Origin: Candidatus Yanofskybacteria bacterium
Lineage (GTDB): Bacteria; Patescibacteriota; Minisyncoccia; 2-02-FULL-40-12; GWA2-44-9
Reading direction: 5' to 3'
Length of the DNA stretch: 64,000 nt
Assembly (NCBI GenBank): GCA_003151795.1
Contig: PLYL01000008.1
Span: 3,103-67,102, forward strand
This document shows, one piece after another, positions 37,256 through 44,399 of the stretch; the stretch's first letter is position 1; each line of letters begins with the position of its first letter. The position numbers were made by a program, and so were the translations under genes. The notes below the pieces were generated by a model, which saw nothing but the letters and a program-made list of their open reading frames with translations, had not been told where the DNA came from and made no database searches.

Positions 37256-37302
37256 ATCCAACAGAAAGCGGCCGAAACCGCCTTGCAGAAAAAGGGCTGG
37301 TA
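37256..37302 (+). repeat. diverged duplicate of rnc 3' end (encodes …QKAAETALQKKGW*)
   Basis: ~75% nt identity to 35806..35850 (…QQKAAETALKAKGW*). Confidence 0.5.
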
Positions 37303-37308
37303 AGAAAA

Positions 37309-37330
37309 GTGCCGCCCGTACGGGCGGCAC
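37309..37330 (-). terminator. perfect palindrome gtgccgcccgtacgggcggcac; terminator for - strand gene (T-tract on - strand)
   Basis: followed on - strand by ttttctt. Confidence 0.6.
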
Positions 37331-37336
37331 CGAGTA

Positions 37337-37711
37337 CTACTGAAGATCGCTTGGTACTTCTATTCTACGAATCCCGTCAAGATCTTTGACAATGATGGTC
37401 TTGCCTTTGATGAGGTTCAAGACCGCATCGCGGCAATCTTTTTTGGTCCTTCCTTTTGTGGCGATTTTCTTTCGTCGGATTTCCTCGATAACGGTTTCTT
37501 CAGTTTGTTTGACCATGGTCTTGGTTTCCACCACAACCAGATAATCAAACGTTGGGTATCGAATCTCGCATCCCCATGTCTCGGTGGTTTTGTTGGCAAT
37601 CTTGGAGCCAATCGTGTAATGTCTCGGTTGCATAACAGACCACTCTCGGCAGGTCCTCCTCGTGAAACGAAGTTCAAGATCTTGATTTTCAACGAACCGT
37701 TCTAGTTTCAT
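37337..37711 (-). CDS. hypothetical protein (paralog-like C-terminus with 37809..38183)
   Basis: both end in …RRIEVP…/…RKIEVP…. Confidence 0.4.
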   Translation of the reverse strand: MKLERFVENQDLELRFTRRTCREWSVMQPRHYTIGSKIANKTTETWGCEIRYPTFDYLVVVETKTMVKQTEETVIEEIRRKKIATKGRTKKDCRDAVLNLIKGKTIIVKDLDGIRRIEVPSDLQ

Positions 37712-37808
37712 AACCGTGCCCTTCCGAGTCTAGCACACCATCAAGACAGGGCCTGTTCATAAAAACGCAAAGCCCACGGCTTTGCGTGGGCGAGTTAGGA
37801 AAGCACTT

Positions 37809-38183
37809 TCAGCGGAGGTTCTTGGGAACCTCGATCTTTCTGTCATGTCCTTCACGAGAACGCACGGTCACGATGATTCCACGAACGTGGCCGAGAAGGA
37901 CTTTTCTCCCCTCTTTCTTTGTACTCCGCCGGTCCGCGTCGAAATGAAGAGCGTGCCCGCCCCTATCGAGATCTTTGAGGATGACCGTCTCGTCTCGTCC
38001 ATTGGCGGGGCGAAGCGAGAAGCCCCATGAACGGAAGGTTCGTTCAACCGAGCGGTAAGTGCCCGGCTTGCTTCCAGAAACCCGCGTCTGGTTCATCATG
38101 AGATTACTGATTACCAGAACCTGATGCTTACGGAAGAACTGTTCCATCGTTTGCATAAAGACTCCTTGGCCGAGATTATACAT
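37809..38183 (-). CDS. hypothetical protein
   Basis: ORF, GC-rich. Confidence 0.4.
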   Translation of the reverse strand: MYNLGQGVFMQTMEQFFRKHQVLVISNLMMNQTRVSGSKPGTYRSVERTFRSWGFSLRPANGRDETVILKDLDRGGHALHFDADRRSTKKEGRKVLLGHVRGIIVTVRSREGHDRKIEVPKNLR

Positions 38184-38225
38184 CAGCTTGCATTAAAAGT
38201 AAATATCTGATAAAATAACGAAACA

Positions 38226-38669
38226 ATGTTAACTATGCGCTTACAACGAATCGGAAAGAGGGGTCAGGCCTATTTCCGGATTATCGTCACCGAACACACC
38301 AAGAAACCGCAAGGGGAATACTTGGAGCTTTTAGGTTCTTATGACCCGCATAAGAAGAGCTTATTGGTTAAGAAAGAACGCATTGAGCACTGGATGTCCA
38401 AAGGCGTCCAATTGTCTCCGACGGTCAATAATTTACTTGTAAACAACAAAATCATCGTCGCCGCCAAGAAATTAAGCTGGAAGCCAAAGGTTGTGGCTAA
38501 GGCAGTTGCCGCGCCTGTCGCACCGAAGGCTAAAGTTGAAAGTACTCCAGAATCTGTCAGTGAAGCTGAACCAGAAGCGGTTGTTGAAGTCGCACCCGAG
38601 GTGCCAGTAGAAGTTCCGGTTGAAGAGCCGAAAAAAGAAGAAGCTCCCGTAGAAACTCCGGCAGAATAA
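38226..38669 (+). CDS. rpsP: 30S ribosomal protein S16 with Ala/Pro/Glu/Val-rich C-terminal extension
   Basis: MLTMRLQRIGKRGQAYFRIIV…. Confidence 0.85.
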   Translation: MLTMRLQRIGKRGQAYFRIIVTEHTKKPQGEYLELLGSYDPHKKSLLVKKERIEHWMSKGVQLSPTVNNLLVNNKIIVAAKKLSWKPKVVAKAVAAPVAPKAKVESTPESVSEAEPEAVVEVAPEVPVEVPVEEPKKEEAPVETPAE

Positions 38670-38698
38670 ATTGACCACCTGGAGGTGGTCAATTTTCA
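38670..38698 (+). terminator. rho-independent terminator
   Basis: ttgaccacc/ggtggtcaa + ttttc. Confidence 0.6.
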
Positions 38699-38700
38699 CT

Positions 38701-39336
38701 ATGCGTATTATTAAGATTGATCTCAAACAGGATTACTCCGCTGCCATCAAGGAAGCTATTGATATCTTGAAGATGGGCGGGACGATTGTCTATCCGACCG
38801 ATACGGTCTATGGATTAGGTTGCAACGCGCTAGACGAGATTGCGGTCCGGCATATTTTTGATATTAAAAATCGAAGCTCAAAACCGTTGCCGATTCTGGC
38901 CCGCGATATGAAATGGGTCGAAGAGCTAGCCTATCTGACTGACCAACATCGCAAACTGGCGGATAAATTCTGGCCCGGCAAATTCACGCTGGTTTTACCC
39001 AAAAAAGACATTGTCCCACCCATTGTTACGACTGGTCTGCCCGCCGTCGGTATCCGGATTGCTGACTTTGTGTTTACCGATAAATTATTGGGCGCTTTTG
39101 GTTATCCGCTCGTGGCGACCTCGGCGAATATTTCGGGTGAACCGGCGACAGGGGATATCGAGAGTATTATCGCGTCCTTGGGCACCCAGCCTCGTCGACC
39201 CGATTTGGTTATCGACGCGGGCGTTTTGCCTCCCTCTAATTCTTCGGTCGTCATCGATTGTTCAACCGACAAGCCCAAAGTGATCCGCGTTGGCCCCTCC
39301 AAACCAGAAGACCTTTTGAAATTATTAGAAATATAG
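38701..39336 (+). CDS. tsaC: L-threonylcarbamoyladenylate synthase (YrdC/TsaC family)
   Basis: TIVYPTDTVYGLGCNALDE motif; ATG 38701. Confidence 0.8.
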   Translation: MRIIKIDLKQDYSAAIKEAIDILKMGGTIVYPTDTVYGLGCNALDEIAVRHIFDIKNRSSKPLPILARDMKWVEELAYLTDQHRKLADKFWPGKFTLVLPKKDIVPPIVTTGLPAVGIRIADFVFTDKLLGAFGYPLVATSANISGEPATGDIESIIASLGTQPRRPDLVIDAGVLPPSNSSVVIDCSTDKPKVIRVGPSKPEDLLKLLEI

Positions 39337-39350
39337 TTCATACTTAGTCC

Positions 39351-39875
39351 ATGAATACATCCATTTTTCTTGCGATAAACAACTGGGCGGGTCGTTGGGG
39401 TTGGCTCGATGGTTTGATGGTCTTTTGCGCCGAGTATCTGATGTACGTGATGATTTTGGTCGTGCTGGTCTATGCGATTCGGAATTACAAAAAGTATCGG
39501 GATATGGCGATCGTCTCGATTGGTTCGGCCCTCGTGGCTCGATTCGGTGTCGCTACTTTTATTCGGCATTTTTATTACAGTTCTCGGCCGTATTGGATTT
39601 TGACCAATGTCCATCTTCTGCTCGCTCGCGAAACGGAAAGTTCCTTCCCGTCGGGCCATGCGATATTTATGTTCGCCCTGGCGACCGGCGTTTATCGATA
39701 TAACAAAAAAGCCGGCTGGTGGTTCTACGCCTCGGCCTGCCTGGTCGGTTTCGCCCGCATCTTTGCTGGCGTCCATTGGCCCTATGATATTGTGGCAGGT
39801 GCCGTTCTCGGTGTTTTGACCGCTTTGGTGTGCGGATGGTTATTTAGAAAATTTAAACACGTTGTCGGGTTGTAA
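39351..39875 (+). CDS. PAP2-superfamily phosphatase
   Basis: PSGH … FARIFAGVHWPYDIVAG motifs. Confidence 0.75.
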   Translation: MNTSIFLAINNWAGRWGWLDGLMVFCAEYLMYVMILVVLVYAIRNYKKYRDMAIVSIGSALVARFGVATFIRHFYYSSRPYWILTNVHLLLARETESSFPSGHAIFMFALATGVYRYNKKAGWWFYASACLVGFARIFAGVHWPYDIVAGAVLGVLTALVCGWLFRKFKHVVGL

Positions 39876-39947
39876 AATAAGCTCCTATTTTTAGCGCAGT
39901 GGATAACCTTGTTGTAATTATAAATTTGTTGTATCGTACAGGTACAC

Positions 39948-40466
39948 ATGGGGAAAGCTCTGGAAAGAGGTGTTATTGCCACTAAAATCGACCAGCGTCT
40001 TTATAAGAACGCCGTTTTGTATTTTATTAAGTACTGTAATAATCGTTATCTCCACCAAACTAAACTTAACAAGCTTTTGTATTATTTAGATTTTATTTCC
40101 TATCGTGATAATAAAAAATCAGTTACGGAGGATGTTTATATTCATAAGCAATATGGTCCAGTGCCTGCACACGCAGATGAGATATTGACTCAACTCAAAC
40201 AGCAAGGTGCTATTGGAACAAGTATGTCTTCCCACAAAGACGGAGAGATGATAAGTTTTGAATTGAAAGATGAATCGCAATTAGATGAATCGGTTTTTTC
40301 TCCAGAACAAAAGAAGCTCCTCAAAGAAATTTGTGATGAGTTTGGGGGTTGGCCAACTGAAAAGATTGTTGCCCAAACTCATTTAGAAGCTCCTTGGTTT
40401 TATTCAAAGCCTTATGAAATCGTCGATTATGCCTACGCACAAGACATCGGTTTCTTCAGGAAATAA
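39948..40466 (+). CDS. Panacea (DUF4065)-domain putative antitoxin
   Basis: TKLNKLLYYLDF…HKQYGPVPAH… pattern typical of DUF4065 phage-associated proteins; AT-rich. Confidence 0.55.
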   Translation: MGKALERGVIATKIDQRLYKNAVLYFIKYCNNRYLHQTKLNKLLYYLDFISYRDNKKSVTEDVYIHKQYGPVPAHADEILTQLKQQGAIGTSMSSHKDGEMISFELKDESQLDESVFSPEQKKLLKEICDEFGGWPTEKIVAQTHLEAPWFYSKPYEIVDYAYAQDIGFFRK

Positions 40467-40474
40467 TCAGAGCC

Positions 40475-40858
40475 ATGTCGTGGGTATATATCGAGAGAGA
40501 GCAATTTGTCCGTATGTGTGACAAACTGGATATATCAGCCACCGTCAGAGAATCTATAAAATCATGGGCACCCACTGTATCTAGATATGAGATACCACGC
40601 CAAAAACTAGTTTATCGGTCTCCTAAAAATAAATATGAAGCTTGGGCTGCTGGGCTTCCTAACCCAGATAGTAATAAAGGTAAAAGTGGTGGCTACAGGG
40701 TTGTTTATTATCTAGATCTTATTGAAAAAACGATAAACTTGGATTTTATTGAGGATAGAAAGAATCTAGGTTTTAAAGATGAAGGTCATCGTAAAAAAGA
40801 CGGCTATAATGATTATATTCGTGGTCTCAAAGAATTTTTAAAAGAGAATGATTGTTAA
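40475..40858 (+). CDS. HigB/RelE-like (Gp49-type) putative toxin
   Basis: KGKSGGYRVVYYLD… motif characteristic of HigB-2/RelE-family toxins. Confidence 0.55.
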   Translation: MSWVYIEREQFVRMCDKLDISATVRESIKSWAPTVSRYEIPRQKLVYRSPKNKYEAWAAGLPNPDSNKGKSGGYRVVYYLDLIEKTINLDFIEDRKNLGFKDEGHRKKDGYNDYIRGLKEFLKENDC

Positions 40859-40860
40859 TT

Positions 40861-40890
40861 AAAACCACCGATAGAATATCGGTGGTTTTA
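40861..40890. terminator. bidirectional rho-independent terminator
   Basis: aaaaccaccgatagaatatcggtggtttt. Confidence 0.8.
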
Positions 40891-40894
40891 ATTT

Positions 40895-40981
40895 TGGTGC
40901 CGCTGGTCGGACTCGAACCGACAAGGGATTGCTCCCACGACATTTTGAGTGTCGCATGGTTGCCAATTTCATCACAGCGGC
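40895..40981 (-). tRNA. tRNA-Leu (anticodon CAA), long variable arm
   Basis: acceptor GCCGCTG/CAGCGGC, anticodon stem CGACA/TGTCG with loop CTCAAAA, variable hairpin GGGAgcaaTCCC, T-arm GTCGG-TTCGAGT-CCGAC, CCA. Confidence 0.85.
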
Positions 40982-41054
40982 ATATTGACACTATAGCATT
41001 TTATCACCTATTTTTCAATTGAAAATTTTATTAAATAGGTTAGAATGAACGCAT

Positions 41055-41819
41055 ATGGCACGCGTCATCGCAATCTGCAATCAAAAAGGGGGAGTGGGAA
41101 AAAGTACCACGAGTACGAATATTTGCGCCTATATGGCGGCAATGGGGAAGTACGTGCTTTTGGTTGATTTGGATTCTCAAGCCAACGCGACGGTGGGACT
41201 GGGGATTTCGGTCGGGCCGGAAGATTCTCATATTTATCACGCTCTCATCAATGACCAGAATCCGGCGGGGATGTTGAAAAAAACCAGCATGTTCGGATTC
41301 GATATTCTGCCGGCCGGCCAGAGTCTGGCTGGGGCGACGGTCGAGCTAGTAACAATGGAAGAGCGGGAATTAAGATTGAAAAAAGTTTTGAATTCTCTCC
41401 GCACCAATTACGATTTTATTATTATTGACTGCCCGCCGTCCCTGGGCCTTTTGACCGTCAATGCTTTAGCGGCGGCGGAACGGATTATCATTCCTGTTCA
41501 GTGCGAATATTATGCCCTGGAAGGCTTGGGCCAGTTACTTAAAACAATCGAGCTAATCCGCCAGGGGTTGAATCCCGATTTGCAGGTCTTGGGAGTATTG
41601 CTTACAATGTATGATAGGCGGAATCAGTTGGCGAATCAGGTCGTGAACGAAGTCCATCGCAATTTTCCCGGCCGAGTCTTTGATGCCGTAATTCCTCGAA
41701 CAGTCTCCCTGGCCGAAGCGCCGAGTTTTGGAAAAACAATCCTGCAGTTCGACCCGAATTCCAAAGCCGCTCGTGCCTACCGCCAATTGGCAGAAGAAGT
41801 CATTAAATACAGTAATTAA
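41055..41819 (+). CDS. parA: chromosome partitioning ATPase ParA/Soj
   Basis: deviant Walker A KGGVGKST. Confidence 0.9.
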   Translation: MARVIAICNQKGGVGKSTTSTNICAYMAAMGKYVLLVDLDSQANATVGLGISVGPEDSHIYHALINDQNPAGMLKKTSMFGFDILPAGQSLAGATVELVTMEERELRLKKVLNSLRTNYDFIIIDCPPSLGLLTVNALAAAERIIIPVQCEYYALEGLGQLLKTIELIRQGLNPDLQVLGVLLTMYDRRNQLANQVVNEVHRNFPGRVFDAVIPRTVSLAEAPSFGKTILQFDPNSKAARAYRQLAEEVIKYSN

Positions 41820-41820
41820 T

Positions 41821-42711
41821 ATGTCTATGGATAAAAAATTTTTCGGGCTTGGCAAGGGTTTAGGTTCGCTTATTCCTGAAGGAGCGAAGATGATGCAACC
41901 GACTTCTCAAAAAGAGAATGTTTTTTATGTGGAAGTGGCCAAGATTGAGGCCAATCCCGATCAGCCTCGGCAGGATTTTGATAATGATTCGCTCAAAGAG
42001 TTGGCCAGCTCGATTCGCAAGTATGGCGTGCTTCAGCCGTTGCTGGTTTCCAAAGTGGAAACTTTGTCGGTCAAGGGGATAGACGTCTCCTACAATTTAA
42101 TTGCCGGCGAACGCCGTCTACGCGCCGCCAAGATGGCCGGCTTGCCCCACGTGCCGGTGATTATCCGCGATGATTTCCGCCATGAACGGGACCGTCTTGA
42201 AGTGGCCTTGATCGAAAATGTCCAGCGCGAAGATTTGAATCCGCTTGAAGAAGCCGACGCGTACCTCCGCCTTTCCAAAGAATTCAGCCTGACCCAAAAA
42301 GAAATTGCCGAAAAAGTCGGCAAGTCCCGTGAAGTCGTGGCCAACACCATTCGCTTGCTCAACTTGCCCCAAGACATCAAAGACGCTCTCCGCGCCGGCA
42401 AGATTGCCCGCGCCAGCGCTCGCGCCTTACTCGCGTTCAACGACCCTGCTAAACAACGCCAGGTTTACGAGAGCATTCTCGCCGGGGGAGTATCTTCCCG
42501 CGATGTTGAAACCGCCGCCGCCGTCAACAAGCCCAGCACCAAACGCCCGCGCCTCACCGAAGGCAAGTTTGTGGAACTGGAAAAGAATCTCGCAGACACC
42601 CTCGGCACCCACGTCTCCATCCAAGGTGCCGTCGCCTCCGGCGGCCGAATCGTCATCAAATTCGCCTCCCTCGAAGACCTCAACAAAATCGCAAAGACCA
42701 TCGTCGACTAA
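41821..42711 (+). CDS. parB: chromosome partitioning protein ParB/Spo0J
   Basis: LIAGERRLRAAKMAGL ParB box; ATG 41821. Confidence 0.9.
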   Translation: MSMDKKFFGLGKGLGSLIPEGAKMMQPTSQKENVFYVEVAKIEANPDQPRQDFDNDSLKELASSIRKYGVLQPLLVSKVETLSVKGIDVSYNLIAGERRLRAAKMAGLPHVPVIIRDDFRHERDRLEVALIENVQREDLNPLEEADAYLRLSKEFSLTQKEIAEKVGKSREVVANTIRLLNLPQDIKDALRAGKIARASARALLAFNDPAKQRQVYESILAGGVSSRDVETAAAVNKPSTKRPRLTEGKFVELEKNLADTLGTHVSIQGAVASGGRIVIKFASLEDLNKIAKTIVD

Positions 42712-42996
42712 ATGGATACATTCTTAATTATAGGAGTAGTTGCGATTATCTGGATTTTAGAATCGATTAAAAAAGTACTTGTAAGCATTAGAACATTACT
42801 TGAATTACCCTCGAGCGCCAAGAAAAAATATGATGAAGAATTAAGTAAATTAAGTGATGAAATTGAAACAGATCGTATTGCGGTATTAATTTCTCCGTCC
42901 GGCGAAGTCGAAAATGGGTTCAAAAAACACCTAGAAGAGTTAATTGAAAAACGGAAACATATTTTAGAACAAAGAAAGAAATACTTTCACGATTAA
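42712..42996 (+). CDS. hypothetical small membrane/coiled-coil protein
   Basis: ORF starting at parB stop. Confidence 0.45.
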   Translation: MDTFLIIGVVAIIWILESIKKVLVSIRTLLELPSSAKKKYDEELSKLSDEIETDRIAVLISPSGEVENGFKKHLEELIEKRKHILEQRKKYFHD

Positions 42997-43004
42997 TCCG
43001 AAAC

Positions 43005-43034
43005 AACCAAAAACCGCCTAGGCGGTTTTTGGTT
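43005..43034. terminator. bidirectional terminator, perfect palindrome aaccaaaaaccgcctaggcggtttttggtt
   Basis: read directly. Confidence 0.8.
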
Positions 43035-43040
43035 AGAGTC

Positions 43041-43229
43041 CTATCTCTTTTTCTTCGGTGCTCTCTGGGAAAGATCGCTAGCTGCAACAGATTTTTTCTG
43101 TCGGTGAGAGGTTTTCTTATCCCTCAACATCTTAGAAGCGATTTTCGCCATCTTTGCTGATGTTCTTCTGCTTTTAGGCATAGGAAGAAAGTAAATGGAA
43201 TAATTTTCGGCAATAACACGTGGCCGCAT
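43041..43229 (-). CDS. small basic hypothetical protein (uncertain)
   Basis: 62-aa Lys/Arg-rich ORF ending just before terminator. Confidence 0.25.
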   Translation of the reverse strand: MRPRVIAENYSIYFLPMPKSRRTSAKMAKIASKMLRDKKTSHRQKKSVAASDLSQRAPKKKR

Positions 43230-43634
43230 CCAGCAAGTTCTACCTTCACTGATTTCAGGAAATGCTGTTTCAGTTATTGTTTCTCGACATTTACCCCAAG
43301 TACTGGTTTAAGTTATTTGGATTTTTCAAGGCGACCAAATTCGATAGTCCGGCTATATTATATAAAAATAAAAAACTTGACGAAAGGTTAATAAGAATGG
43401 TTTGGGGACAACTTTGTGGACAACTAAAACAAGCGAAGTGATTGCTATTTTTCTCAATCTGCACAATCGGCTCTATTTCAGCGACTCTGACGCTATTTCT
43501 CTGGGTACCGAACCGAGGATGTCGAAAACGGCCCGTTAGGGCCGCATGGTTCGACAGGAGTTGCTTCGGTCGGTCAGAGAAATTAGGAAGAGTCGTTAGA
43601 AATAGTCCGAGCGGAAGCCTGAGAAAAATGGCAA

Positions 43635-43925
43635 TTACGGAGCGACCTTTTTGGTATTCTTGCACTTCGGGAAATTGGAGCAGGCTTTGAACTTGCCGAA
43701 CTGGCCAGTGCGGATGATGAAGTGGCCGGTACCGCATTTGTCGCAGACTTCGTCGGTCATGACGGGGGCGTCGGCGCCGGTGGGCGGAGCTTTCTTTTCG
43801 ATATATTTGCAGTTCGGATAATTCGAACAGGCAGTGAAGTTGCCAAACTTCCCAGACTTTACAACCAGATTGCCGACATGGCATTCGGGACAAGTTTTTC
43901 CGGCGTTGTTTTTTGGGTCAGACAT
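43635..43925 (-). CDS. topoisomerase-type C4 zinc-finger protein (two zinc ribbons)
   Basis: CPECHVGNL…ACSNYPNCKY and CDKCGTGHF…ACSNFPKCK. Confidence 0.65.
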   Translation of the reverse strand: MSDPKNNAGKTCPECHVGNLVVKSGKFGNFTACSNYPNCKYIEKKAPPTGADAPVMTDEVCDKCGTGHFIIRTGQFGKFKACSNFPKCKNTKKVAP

Positions 43926-43929
43926 GAAA

Positions 43930-44157
43930 TTAGAGAAGTTTTTTAAAATCTTCGATTGAAATATTGATGTCGCGGATAATTGCTCGCAGAGTGCCACGAG
44001 GAATATCTTTGCCAGCATGGCGAGCGACCACCGCTCGACGGCCATCTGGGTGTTTAAAAATTACGTGCGAGCTACCGGTTTCGCGATGTTCTAAAAATCC
44101 AAGTTTATGGAGGATCTGGATTAATGCCCGATCTTTAATTACGGGAAGAGGAGACAC
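43930..44157 (-). CDS. hicA: HicA-like mRNA interferase toxin
   Basis: …LHKLGF…GSSHVIFKHPDGRRAVVARHAGKDIPRGTL… HicA pattern. Confidence 0.7.
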   Translation of the reverse strand: MSPLPVIKDRALIQILHKLGFLEHRETGSSHVIFKHPDGRRAVVARHAGKDIPRGTLRAIIRDINISIEDFKKLL

Positions 44158-44159
44158 GG

Positions 44160-44390
44160 CTAGGCGGTGAACTGAATACTTTCAAAAACCTCAATCCCTC
44201 TATCTTCCGGAATTGCTTCTCCATCGGCCTTGAGGCTACGGAGATACACGTCGATGGCATCACGTACATTGGCTCGTGTTTCTTCTAGAGACTCACCCCA
44301 CGTATGACAGCCTGGCAAGGCGGGAACAGAGGCGTGAAAAGTATTATTTTCATCTGGTTCAATAATAATGCGATATGTATAGGATTTCAT
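44160..44390 (-). CDS. hicB: HicB-like antitoxin
   Basis: …FHASVPALPGCHTWGESLEETRANVRDAI… HicB/UPF0150 pattern. Confidence 0.65.
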   Translation of the reverse strand: MKSYTYRIIIEPDENNTFHASVPALPGCHTWGESLEETRANVRDAIDVYLRSLKADGEAIPEDRGIEVFESIQFTA

Positions 44391-44399
44391 AATCTGATT

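Noticed and set aside
43291-43893. 200-aa minus-strand ORF
   Set aside because: Overlaps the zinc-ribbon protein gene in another frame and extends into an intergenic region with no start context; Cys/Arg/Gln composition looks like a frame artefact.
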